From contig CAMWXB010000003.1 of NCBI GenBank assembly GCA_947178125.1, positions 28,919 through 92,918 of the forward strand: a DNA stretch of 64,000 nt, read 5' to 3'. The notes under the pieces are model-generated. The model was not told the DNA's origin. It did no database searches and worked only from the letters and a program-made list of their open reading frames with translations. This document shows, piece by piece, positions 33,666 to 42,332 of this stretch (its first letter is position 1; each line of letters starts with the position of its first letter). This stretch comes from an uncultured Lachnospiraceae bacterium. Its GTDB lineage: Bacteria > Bacillota > Clostridia > Lachnospirales > Lachnospiraceae. The translations under genes were made by a program, and so were the position numbers.

Positions 33666-34550
33666 ATGAAAGAAAAAAAAAGGAATTATGATCAGGATAT
33701 TGTAGGCGATGGAATAAATTCCATACAGAAAGTATTGGAACCTGCGAGCAGAGTTTCGAATAATACTGTGAAATATGCATTGATAGGTATTTGTACACTA
33801 TTTCTGTTGGTCATGTTGGTTCTGCCTTTAGTGGTGGTAATCGTAAACGCATTAAAAGATGGATGGATGGCTTATAGGAAAGCTGTGCAGGATGAATACA
33901 CAATTAAGGCACTGCAGCTTACATTGTTAGCGACTGTAGCTGCAGTAGCTATAAATACAATATTTGGTTTGTTTGCTTCTTTTCTCTTGTCAAAGTTCTA
34001 TTTCAAGGGGCGTCAGTTATTAGCTACATTGATTGATATTCCTTTTTCTATATCTCCGGTAATTGCAGGTTTGGCATTTATTTTAACTTTTGGAAATATT
34101 GGATGGATGGGAGATTTTTTGAAGAATCATGGTATAAAAATTGTATTTGCAGTACCGGGAATTATTTTGGCTACCATATTTGTTACATTTCCGTTTGTTT
34201 TTCGTGAATTATTTCCAGTGATGAACGCTCAGGGAAAAGATGAAGAAGAAGCGGCAGCACTTATGGGTGCAAATGGCTTTACTATTTTCCGCAGAATAAC
34301 ATTTCCACATATTAAATGGGCGTTGCTATATGGAATTATATTGTGTGCTGCCAGAGCGATGGGAGAATTTGGCGCAGTATCAGTAATTTCTGGTCATTTA
34401 AGGGGTAAGACGAATACGCTGCCGCTTCATGTGGAGATTCTTTATAATGAGTTCAATACTACAGAGGCTTTTGCAGTATCATCAATATTGGTAATACTTG
34501 CAGTATTAATATTGATAGCTAAAAACTTCGTAGAATGGAAGAAAAAGTGA
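33666..34550 (+). CDS. cysW: sulfate ABC transporter permease CysW
   Basis: A multi-TM protein with EEAAALMGANGFTIFRRITFP and DIPFSISPVIAGL. The start is ambiguous between GTG 33639 and ATG 33666. Confidence 0.85.
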   Translation: MKEKKRNYDQDIVGDGINSIQKVLEPASRVSNNTVKYALIGICTLFLLVMLVLPLVVVIVNALKDGWMAYRKAVQDEYTIKALQLTLLATVAAVAINTIFGLFASFLLSKFYFKGRQLLATLIDIPFSISPVIAGLAFILTFGNIGWMGDFLKNHGIKIVFAVPGIILATIFVTFPFVFRELFPVMNAQGKDEEEAAALMGANGFTIFRRITFPHIKWALLYGIILCAARAMGEFGAVSVISGHLRGKTNTLPLHVEILYNEFNTTEAFAVSSILVILAVLILIAKNFVEWKKK

Positions 34551-34564
34551 GGAATAGGGTCGAT

Positions 34565-35302
34565 ATGTATGTAGAAATGAAGCAGATTAATAAGACTTTT
34601 GATGGTTTTCATGCTTCCAACAATGTGAGTTTTGGAGTAGAAAGAGGATATTTGGCCGCATTGCTTGGTCCTAGTGGAAGCGGAAAGACAACTATTTTAA
34701 GAATGATTGCCGGGTTGGATAAACCGGATTCGGGCGATATACTGATAAATGGAACAAAAGTGAATGATATGCCGGGAAGCAAAAGAGGAATCGGATTTGT
34801 ATTTCAGAATTATGCGCTGTTTCGATATATGACTGTGGCTGACAATATTGCCTTTGGGCTTGAGGTACAGAAAAAGAGCAAGACAGAAATTAAAAATCGT
34901 GTAGAGGAACTTTTACAATTAATTTCCATGGAAGAATTAGGCAGTCGTTATCCACACCAGTTATCAGGAGGGCAGCGTCAACGAGTGGCATTTGCTCGAG
35001 CATTGGCACCAAATCCGCAGCTTTTGCTGCTGGATGAGCCGTTTGCAGCAATTGATGCCAAGGTGCGTAGAGAACTTCGTGTTTGGCTTAAGGGAATGAT
35101 TGAAATGGTAGGAATAACCAGTATTTTTGTTACACATGATCAAGAGGAAGCTATGGAAGTGGCGGACACAGTCATTATTACTAATCAGGGAAATGTAGAG
35201 CAGATTGGTACACCGGAAGAAATTTGCATGCATCCTCAGACAGATTTTGTCGCAGACTTTATTGATGCTACACGATGTGAAGCAATGGTTGCAGCAAGAT
35301 GA
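34565..35302 (+). CDS. cysA: sulfate ABC transporter ATP-binding protein CysA (short form)
   Basis: Walker A GPSGSGKTT, signature LSGGQRQRVAFARAL, Walker B LLLLDEPF and H-loop VTHD. The protein ends about 20 aa after the ATPase core. Confidence 0.85.
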   Translation: MYVEMKQINKTFDGFHASNNVSFGVERGYLAALLGPSGSGKTTILRMIAGLDKPDSGDILINGTKVNDMPGSKRGIGFVFQNYALFRYMTVADNIAFGLEVQKKSKTEIKNRVEELLQLISMEELGSRYPHQLSGGQRQRVAFARALAPNPQLLLLDEPFAAIDAKVRRELRVWLKGMIEMVGITSIFVTHDQEEAMEVADTVIITNQGNVEQIGTPEEICMHPQTDFVADFIDATRCEAMVAAR

Positions 35303-35374
35303 TTTTTTAAAATCAATAAGTTCATGTTATTTTGATATAAGTGATATTGATTATTTGTATGAAGGTGATAAGCA

Positions 35375-36151
35375 ATGAAGTGGGAGAGAGAACTGAAAGT
35401 AGCACAAAATGCGGCAATCAAAGCAGGAGAAGCAATCATAAAAATATATAATTTTGAAAAGTTTGATGTGACATATAAGGATGATAAGTCACCACTTACA
35501 ATGGCAGATAAAGAGGCTAATAAAATTATTGTGGAGATGTTGTCCAAAGATTTTCCGGAATATGCGATTTTATCTGAAGAAGAAAAAGATAATAAGGAGA
35601 GGCTGAAAAATGACTATTGTTTTGTGGTTGATCCATTAGATGGAACAAAGGAATTTATAAAACGTAATGGACAGTTTACAGTAAATATTGCATTAACATA
35701 TAAAGGGAGGTCTGTTATGGGAACAATATATGTTCCAGTAACAAAGGAATTATTTTGGGCGTCAGAAAATAGCGGAGCGTACTTAACAATAAATGAAGAA
35801 ACAAAACGAATACAGGTATCAGATAGAAAAGAAAATATTCGAGTAGTAATGAGTAATTCACATGGGTGTGCAGAAATGGATAATTTGATAAGGATAAATA
35901 ATCTTACTAATTATGTAAAAATTGGAAGTTCTCTAAAAGGTTGTATAATTGCAAAAGGTGATGCGGAGATTTATTATCGTTTTAATCCAACTATGGAATG
36001 GGATACCGCAGCCATGCAATGTATCGTGGAAGAAGCTGGTGCGATTTTTAGACAAATGGACGACACACCGATGAGATATAATCGTGAGGATTGTTTGAAT
36101 TCAAAAGGTTTTTATATTATTAATTGTTCAGAGAATAAAATGAAATGGTAA
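35375..36151 (+). CDS. cysQ: 3'(2'),5'-bisphosphate nucleotidase (PAP phosphatase)
   Basis: Inositol-monophosphatase fold motifs are ILSEEE, FVVDPLDGTKEF and MEWDTAAMQCIVEEAG. Its position between cysA and cysD supports a CysQ role. Confidence 0.7.
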   Translation: MKWERELKVAQNAAIKAGEAIIKIYNFEKFDVTYKDDKSPLTMADKEANKIIVEMLSKDFPEYAILSEEEKDNKERLKNDYCFVVDPLDGTKEFIKRNGQFTVNIALTYKGRSVMGTIYVPVTKELFWASENSGAYLTINEETKRIQVSDRKENIRVVMSNSHGCAEMDNLIRINNLTNYVKIGSSLKGCIIAKGDAEIYYRFNPTMEWDTAAMQCIVEEAGAIFRQMDDTPMRYNREDCLNSKGFYIINCSENKMKW

Positions 36152-36169
36152 GGATGAAAAGAGGAAAAC

Positions 36170-37069
36170 ATGAGAGAGTTAACGCATTTGGAACAATTAG
36201 AAGCAGAAGCAATATATATTATGAGAGAAGTTGCTGCTGAATGTGAGAAGCCGGTTATGCTTTATTCAATTGGAAAAGATAGTTCTGTTATGCTACATTT
36301 GGCAATGAAAGCATTTTATCCGGAAAAACCTCCATTTCCGTTTTTGCATATTGATACTACTTGGAAATTTAAGGAAATGATAACGTTTCGAGATGAGACG
36401 GCTAAAAAACTTGGAATAGAAATGTTGGTATATACGAATATGGATGGCGTAAAACAGGGGATAAATCCTTTCAATCATGGTTCGGCATATACTGATATTA
36501 TGAAAACGCAGGCTTTAAAACAAGCATTGGATATGTATGGATTTACAGCGGCATTTGGTGGCGGAAGACGGGATGAGGAGAAGTCTCGTGCAAAAGAACG
36601 AGTATTTTCTTTTAGAAATGCCCAGCATGCATGGGATCCTAAAAATCAAAGACCGGAAATGTGGAGGCTCTATAATACAAAGGTTAACAAAGGCGAGTCT
36701 ATTAGGGTATTTCCGCTGTCGAATTGGACAGAAAAGGATATCTGGCAATATATTCGTCAGGAAAATATAGATATTGTTCCGCTTTATTATGCGAAAGAGA
36801 GACCCGTTGTATATAGAGATGGAAATATTATTATGGTAGATGATGACAGAATGAAACTGAATTCAGGTGAAAAAATTGAAATGAAGAAGGTTCGTTTCAG
36901 GACATTAGGATGTTATCCATTGACTGGAGGGGTAGAGTCGAAGGCTGATACATTGGATGCTATTATTGAAGAAACCTTACAGGCAATTACTTCCGAACGG
37001 ACTAGCAGAGTAATAGATCATGAGGCTGCGGGAAGTATGGAAAGGCGCAAAAGAGAGGGATATTTCTAG
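36170..37069 (+). CDS. cysD: sulfate adenylyltransferase subunit 2
   Basis: [48 protein letters not shown]...[22 protein letters not shown]...[11 protein letters not shown]...[19 protein letters not shown] is collinear with E. coli CysD. Confidence 0.92.
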   Translation: MRELTHLEQLEAEAIYIMREVAAECEKPVMLYSIGKDSSVMLHLAMKAFYPEKPPFPFLHIDTTWKFKEMITFRDETAKKLGIEMLVYTNMDGVKQGINPFNHGSAYTDIMKTQALKQALDMYGFTAAFGGGRRDEEKSRAKERVFSFRNAQHAWDPKNQRPEMWRLYNTKVNKGESIRVFPLSNWTEKDIWQYIRQENIDIVPLYYAKERPVVYRDGNIIMVDDDRMKLNSGEKIEMKKVRFRTLGCYPLTGGVESKADTLDAIIEETLQAITSERTSRVIDHEAAGSMERRKREGYF

Positions 37070-37070
37070 A

Positions 37071-38906
37071 ATGAAGAGCTTATTAAAATTTATCACATGC
37101 GGTAGTGTAGATGACGGAAAATCTACTTTGATAGGGCATATGCTTTATGATGCAAAATTAATATTTGCGGATCAGGAAAAAGCATTGGAATTAGATAGTA
37201 AAATAGGAAGCCGCGAAGGCAAAATTGATTATTCTCTTTTGTTGGATGGGTTGATGGCAGAGCGGGAACAAGGAATTACAATAGATGTAGCATATAGGTA
37301 TTTTACTACGGAAAAGAGAAGCTTTATTGTTGCGGATACACCGGGCCATGAAGAGTATACAAGAAATATGGCAGTGGGAGCTTCGTTTGCAGATGTTGCT
37401 GTAATTCTGGTAGATGCTACGCAGGGAATGTTAATTCAGACAAGACGTCATATTAGAATATGTTCGTTGATGGGAATTAAACATTTCGTTTTTGCCATTA
37501 ATAAAATGGATTTAGTTCATTATGATAAAAATATTTATGACAAAATATCCAGAGATATTAAGAGGTTTGTGGGAGAGTTTGATGTGGATAGTATCAAAAT
37601 GATACCGGTGTCAGCTACGGAGGGCGATAACGTTACTAAACATTCATTTAAAATGTTATGGTATCAAGAGGAAACTTTGCTGGAATATCTTGAGGATATT
37701 GAATTAATTAATTTTTCAAAGCAAGAAGAATTTCTTATGGCGGTACAGAGAGTCAGTAGACCGAATCATAATTTCAGGGGTTTTCAGGGGCAGATTAATG
37801 CAGGAGAGGTATCTGTTGGAGATGATATTATAGTATTGCCGAGTGGTGAGCATGCAAAAGTATCGGGGATTTATGTGACGGATCAAGAAGTAAAAACAGC
37901 ACAGATGGGACAGCCTGTGACAATACAATTAGATAGTGAGATAGATATATCCAGGGGATGTGTAATTTGTAAAAATACCAGCATGAAAGTAACTGGCATA
38001 TTTACATCCAAACTGTTCTGGATGGATGAAGAAGCACTAATTCCAGGGAGAAATTATTGGATAAAATTAGGAACTAAAATTCTTCCGGCTGCAGTGATGA
38101 ATATTAAATATAAAATAGATGTGAACAGTGGAGAGCAAATTCCTGCGGAGCATATTTATAAAAATGAATTAGCTGTATGTGATGTGATACTTTCTGAAAA
38201 ATGTGCTGTAGATATATTTGATCATAATAAAGATTTAGGAAGTTTCATTTTTATTAACAGAGTATCGAATATGACGTCAGCTTGCGGAACGGTGATGCAT
38301 ACTCTTAGACGTTCAGATAATTTAGTATGGCATGAGACTGATATTACCAAAAAAATTCGTTCCGAGCAGAAAAACCAGAAGACTAGAACGGTGTGGTTCA
38401 CAGGATTGTCAGGATCAGGAAAATCTACACTTGCTAATGAATTAGAGAAACAACTGGTGGCAATGGGAAGACATACAATGCTTTTAGATGGTGATAATAT
38501 TCGCATGGGATTGAATAAAAATCTTGGATTTACTGAAGTGGACAGGGTGGAAAATATACGAAGAATTGCGGAAGTTGCGAAACTCATGAATGATGCAGGG
38601 CTTATTGTGCTTACGGCATTTATTTCACCGTATGAGAAAGATAGGGAAAATGCCAGAGAGATTATTGGAGATGATTTCTTTGAAGTGTACGTCAGCACGT
38701 CTCTTGAGGAATGTGAAAGAAGAGATGTTAAAGGGTTGTATAAGAAGGCGCGAAATGGCGAGATACCTAATTTCACAGGCATTACAAGTCCCTATGAGGT
38801 GCCGAAATCTCCCAATCTTATAATTGACACAAAAGAAATCACGTTGGACGATGCAGTATCTTTATTAATAGAAAAGTTAGAAGAAAATGAGAGGAATAAT
38901 GTATGA
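37071..38906 (+). CDS. cysNC: bifunctional sulfate adenylyltransferase subunit 1 / adenylylsulfate (APS) kinase
   Basis: GTPase domain CGSVDDGKSTLIGHMLYD, DTPGHEEY and NKMD. C-terminal APS kinase P-loop VWFTGLSGSGKSTLANELE...LLDGDNIRMGLN. The ATG lies 2 nt after the cysD stop. Confidence 0.92.
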   Translation: MKSLLKFITCGSVDDGKSTLIGHMLYDAKLIFADQEKALELDSKIGSREGKIDYSLLLDGLMAEREQGITIDVAYRYFTTEKRSFIVADTPGHEEYTRNMAVGASFADVAVILVDATQGMLIQTRRHIRICSLMGIKHFVFAINKMDLVHYDKNIYDKISRDIKRFVGEFDVDSIKMIPVSATEGDNVTKHSFKMLWYQEETLLEYLEDIELINFSKQEEFLMAVQRVSRPNHNFRGFQGQINAGEVSVGDDIIVLPSGEHAKVSGIYVTDQEVKTAQMGQPVTIQLDSEIDISRGCVICKNTSMKVTGIFTSKLFWMDEEALIPGRNYWIKLGTKILPAAVMNIKYKIDVNSGEQIPAEHIYKNELAVCDVILSEKCAVDIFDHNKDLGSFIFINRVSNMTSACGTVMHTLRRSDNLVWHETDITKKIRSEQKNQKTRTVWFTGLSGSGKSTLANELEKQLVAMGRHTMLLDGDNIRMGLNKNLGFTEVDRVENIRRIAEVAKLMNDAGLIVLTAFISPYEKDRENAREIIGDDFFEVYVSTSLEECERRDVKGLYKKARNGEIPNFTGITSPYEVPKSPNLIIDTKEITLDDAVSLLIEKLEENERNNV

Positions 38907-40072
38907 TAAAGGATCATGAGTTACTCAGAAATATTAATTTATTGTATACAAAGAAGTTTGTGATTTGGGGATTGGGTGAGAGAGGAAAAGAATTAGCGGA
39001 AAGAATGTACGAGCAGACAAAAGACATCAGCTTTGTTGATTCAGATAAGACTAAGGTAGGCGTATGGGGAAAAATCCCAGTTTTTAGTCCAGAAAAAATT
39101 GCAGAGTATTCCAAAGTAGAAATTGCAATTGTAATACCAACGGATAATGAGAATGTGCAGGAAAGCATTATGGGGCAGATTATATCAATGGGGTATCAGG
39201 ATATTGATTTATATACCAGGTATGCAATGGATGCAATTTTAAGTTTTGTGAAGAAGAATAAGAGTATTGAAAGCAGGGGGGAGACTAAGCAGGAACTTTT
39301 ATCAATGAAGATAGAAGCGCAGCAAGGAAGAATAAATTACTTGAGTAATTTATGTAAGATGATGAATCAGATATTATTGGCCGAAATAGCGGACAATTCA
39401 GTATATGTATATCAAAGTAAGAAAGTTGCTTCCACATCGATATATGTGGGCGCCAGAGCCGCAGGCGTGTTCGGTGTTCATGTGCATAATTTTGCAGTAC
39501 TTGATTTGCCTGATTGTTTGGTGAAGAGCATGATAAAAAAGACATCAGGTAAAGTGATTTCGATTGTTAGAGAACCGGTCGCACGGCAGATTTCTTTGCT
39601 ATGGTCTTATTGGAAAAACGGAGAGTCTTTTCTTAAGAATTATGGTTCGCTGGAGGAGTTGGAAAGCAAGTTTTATTCAATTCCCAATAAAGAGGATGAA
39701 TTTGAATGGTACCACAAAGAGTTTAAAGACATATTAGATGTTAATATATATGATTATCCATTTGATCGAGATCTTGGATATTCAATTATAGAGAAAGATG
39801 GAATTTCAATACTATTATTGAAATTGGAAAAATTAAGTTCTCTGGAAAAAGTAATTGGTGATTTTCTTGAAGTAGAGAATTATAAATTAGTGAATACTAA
39901 TACAGGTAAAGAAAAATCTTATCGGTATGCATATGAAAATTATTTAGAACATGTAAAAATACCACGGGCATTTTGGGAACATTATTATTCTAAAAATGAA
40001 TATATGGATTATTTTTATACGGAAGCTGAGAAAAAGATGTTTTTTGAGCATTGGAAAGAATACTTGCGATGA
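38903..40072 (+). CDS. putative PAPS-dependent sulfotransferase with an N-terminal PglD_N-like Rossmann module
   Basis: YQSKKVASTSIY resembles the 5'-PSB loop (PKxGTT/S) and IVREPVARQISLLWSY resembles the 3'-PB motif (RxPxxRxxS). The N-terminus is FVIWGLGERGKELAERM...SFVDSD. Its ATG overlaps the cysNC stop (GTATGA). Confidence 0.55.
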   Translation: MIKDHELLRNINLLYTKKFVIWGLGERGKELAERMYEQTKDISFVDSDKTKVGVWGKIPVFSPEKIAEYSKVEIAIVIPTDNENVQESIMGQIISMGYQDIDLYTRYAMDAILSFVKKNKSIESRGETKQELLSMKIEAQQGRINYLSNLCKMMNQILLAEIADNSVYVYQSKKVASTSIYVGARAAGVFGVHVHNFAVLDLPDCLVKSMIKKTSGKVISIVREPVARQISLLWSYWKNGESFLKNYGSLEELESKFYSIPNKEDEFEWYHKEFKDILDVNIYDYPFDRDLGYSIIEKDGISILLLKLEKLSSLEKVIGDFLEVENYKLVNTNTGKEKSYRYAYENYLEHVKIPRAFWEHYYSKNEYMDYFYTEAEKKMFFEHWKEYLR

Positions 40073-40117
40073 TATGTGGTGAAAAAGTTTGTATAATCGT
40101 GAACAGGAGAAAGGTAA

Positions 40118-41950
40118 ATGATTATTTTAGGAATTTCTGCATTATATCATGATGCTGCAGCAAGTTTGGTTATTGATGGGAAAATAACGGCGGCGGCTCA
40201 ACAGGAGAGATTTTCAAGAAAAAAACATGATATGGGTATACCTTATAATGCAATAAAATTTTGCCTCAAAGAAGGGAATGTAACTTCAAAGGATATTGAC
40301 TATATTGTGTTTTATGATAATCCGCTTTTGACTTTAGATAGATATATGAAGAACATTTTAGCTGCAGGGGATGATTCAAGAGATGTAATAGAGCGAAGCT
40401 ATATTTCTATGTTTACACAAAAAATATGGATACATAACGTAATACATAATCTTCTGGATACAGATGCAGAGATTCTGATTTGCGAACATCATGTATCGCA
40501 TGCCGCATCCGCTTTTTATCCATCTCCATTTGAAGAAGCTGTCGTTATTACACTGGATGGAGTAGGTGAGTGGGCAACAACTACTATAGGGGTTGGAAGA
40601 GGCGCTGAGTTAATTATAAAAGAGGAAATAAAGTTCCCACATTCATTAGGATTGTTATATAGTGCTTTTACTTACTTTTGCGGATTCAAAGTTAATTCCG
40701 GTGACTATAAATTTATGGGTCTGGCGCCATATGGAGAGCCTATTTATGAAGAGACTATACGTGAACATCTAATAGATATAAAAGAAGATGGTTCATTTAG
40801 ATTAAATTTGGAATATTTTGATTTTCAGTATGGAAGAGCAATGACAAATGATAAATTCGGAGCACTTTTTGGGGGAGGACGAAGAGAACCAGAAACAGTA
40901 ATAACAAAACGAGAAATGGATATTGCGGCTTCGGCACAGAAAGTTACTGAAGATATTATTTTAAAAATGGTAAAACATGCAAAGAATGAATATGGAGAAG
41001 ATATAGATAATTTAGTATTAGCAGGAGGAGTGGCACTAAATTGTGTTGCAAATGGAAAAATAAAGAATTCCGAAATATTTAAGAATATTTGGATACAGCC
41101 GGCGGCTGGTGATGCAGGCGGCAGTTTAGGTGCTGCATTATACACCGCGTATAATTATGCAGGAATTAAACGGGAAATAAATGGTATGGATTCACAAAAT
41201 GGAAGTTATTTAGGTCCTGCTTATTCCAATTTAAGCATTAAGGAATATTTGAAGTCAAATAATATAATGTATCATGAATATTCTGATGACGTATTATTTG
41301 ATAAGATTGCTGACGAATTGTCGAATGGTATGGTAATAGGTTTATTTCAGGGAAGAATGGAGTTTGGTCCACGTGCATTGGGTAATAGAAGTATAATTGC
41401 TGATCCAAGATCTGAAACAATGCAGAGTAAGCTGAATTTGAAGATAAAATATAGAGAATCATTTAGACCATTTGCACCTTCAGTATTAAGAGAAGATGTA
41501 AATGAATACTTTGAACTTAAAGATGAAAGTCCATATATGTTACTGGTTGAAAACGTGCAAAGTAATAGAAGGTGTGCAAGTAATGTGCAAAATGATCTAA
41601 TAAAATATGATAATAATATGCTGGAGATTGTAAAACAAAAAAGGTCAGATATATCGGCTGTTACCCATGTGGATTATAGCGCAAGAATTCAGACAGTGTC
41701 TGAAGAGAGGAATGGATATTATTATAAAGTATTAAAGGCCTTTAAAGAAAAAACCGGATGTAGTGTATTGGTTAATACATCTTTTAATGTAAGAGGTGAA
41801 CCAATAGTATGTACGCCAATGGATGCATATAAGTGTTTTATGCGAACAGAGATGGATGTACTTGTATTAGAAAATTGCGTTTTATATAAAGAGGAACAGC
41901 CCGAATGGAATGAGCAGGAAGATTGGCATAAAACATATGAACTGGATTAG
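40118..41950 (+). CDS. NodU/CmcH-family carbamoyltransferase
   Basis: MIILGISALYHDAAASLVIDGKITAAAQQERFSRKKHD...HHVSHAASAF...GGVALNCVANGK...NTSFNVRGEPIV covers the family-wide motifs. Confidence 0.9.
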   Translation: MIILGISALYHDAAASLVIDGKITAAAQQERFSRKKHDMGIPYNAIKFCLKEGNVTSKDIDYIVFYDNPLLTLDRYMKNILAAGDDSRDVIERSYISMFTQKIWIHNVIHNLLDTDAEILICEHHVSHAASAFYPSPFEEAVVITLDGVGEWATTTIGVGRGAELIIKEEIKFPHSLGLLYSAFTYFCGFKVNSGDYKFMGLAPYGEPIYEETIREHLIDIKEDGSFRLNLEYFDFQYGRAMTNDKFGALFGGGRREPETVITKREMDIAASAQKVTEDIILKMVKHAKNEYGEDIDNLVLAGGVALNCVANGKIKNSEIFKNIWIQPAAGDAGGSLGAALYTAYNYAGIKREINGMDSQNGSYLGPAYSNLSIKEYLKSNNIMYHEYSDDVLFDKIADELSNGMVIGLFQGRMEFGPRALGNRSIIADPRSETMQSKLNLKIKYRESFRPFAPSVLREDVNEYFELKDESPYMLLVENVQSNRRCASNVQNDLIKYDNNMLEIVKQKRSDISAVTHVDYSARIQTVSEERNGYYYKVLKAFKEKTGCSVLVNTSFNVRGEPIVCTPMDAYKCFMRTEMDVLVLENCVLYKEEQPEWNEQEDWHKTYELD

Positions 41951-41971
41951 TTATATAGGAGCAGAATTAAC

Positions 41972-42322
41972 ATGGATAAAAATATCAAAGAGAAAGAACG
42001 CTTATTTCAATGGGCGTGTAAATATGATTCAATTAAGTTAACAGAAAAGATCTTTACTCCTATTGATTCAAATAAGGATAGTTATTTTACAAAACGTGAA
42101 GAGACAGGGAATTATTTGCATAAGTATAAGTTTCAGGATTTGCCGGAATTAAGGAATGAACTGGAAAAAATGTGGAATGAAGAAGATTATATGATGGAAA
42201 TAATGACAACTGTTTTAGCTGGTGCTTATAAAAATCGGATAGAGATTTGTGAAGAAATTGGTGAAGCGGTTAATGGAACTGGGGATGCAGAAGAATTATC
42301 CCCATACATTTATAATTTTTAG
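41972..42322 (+). CDS. hypothetical protein (116 aa)
   Basis: A good RBS (AGGAGC) is present and the gene is tightly packed between the carbamoyltransferase and the next gene. I recognised no motif. Confidence 0.4.
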   Translation: MDKNIKEKERLFQWACKYDSIKLTEKIFTPIDSNKDSYFTKREETGNYLHKYKFQDLPELRNELEKMWNEEDYMMEIMTTVLAGAYKNRIEICEEIGEAVNGTGDAEELSPYIYNF

Positions 42323-42332
42323 GAGGTGCTCT

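Noticed and set aside
33673-33681. Other homopolymer tracts inside CDSs (the A9 tract at the cysW start, and the A8 tracts in the GT2 gene near 13745-13752 and in the GT4 gene near 53746-53753) as phase-variation sites
   Set aside because: The reading frames are intact across them, and such runs are expected in AT-rich DNA. Only the T9 tract at 46209-46217 coincides with a frame break.
31585-38906. Reading the cys cluster as ordinary housekeeping assimilatory sulfate reduction
   Set aside because: No cysH, cysI/J (sir), cysK or cysE is present in the window. The cluster is translationally coupled at both ends to glycan-tailoring genes, includes cysQ, and shares the low-GC composition of the island. 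A housekeeping role cannot be fully excluded without the rest of the genome.
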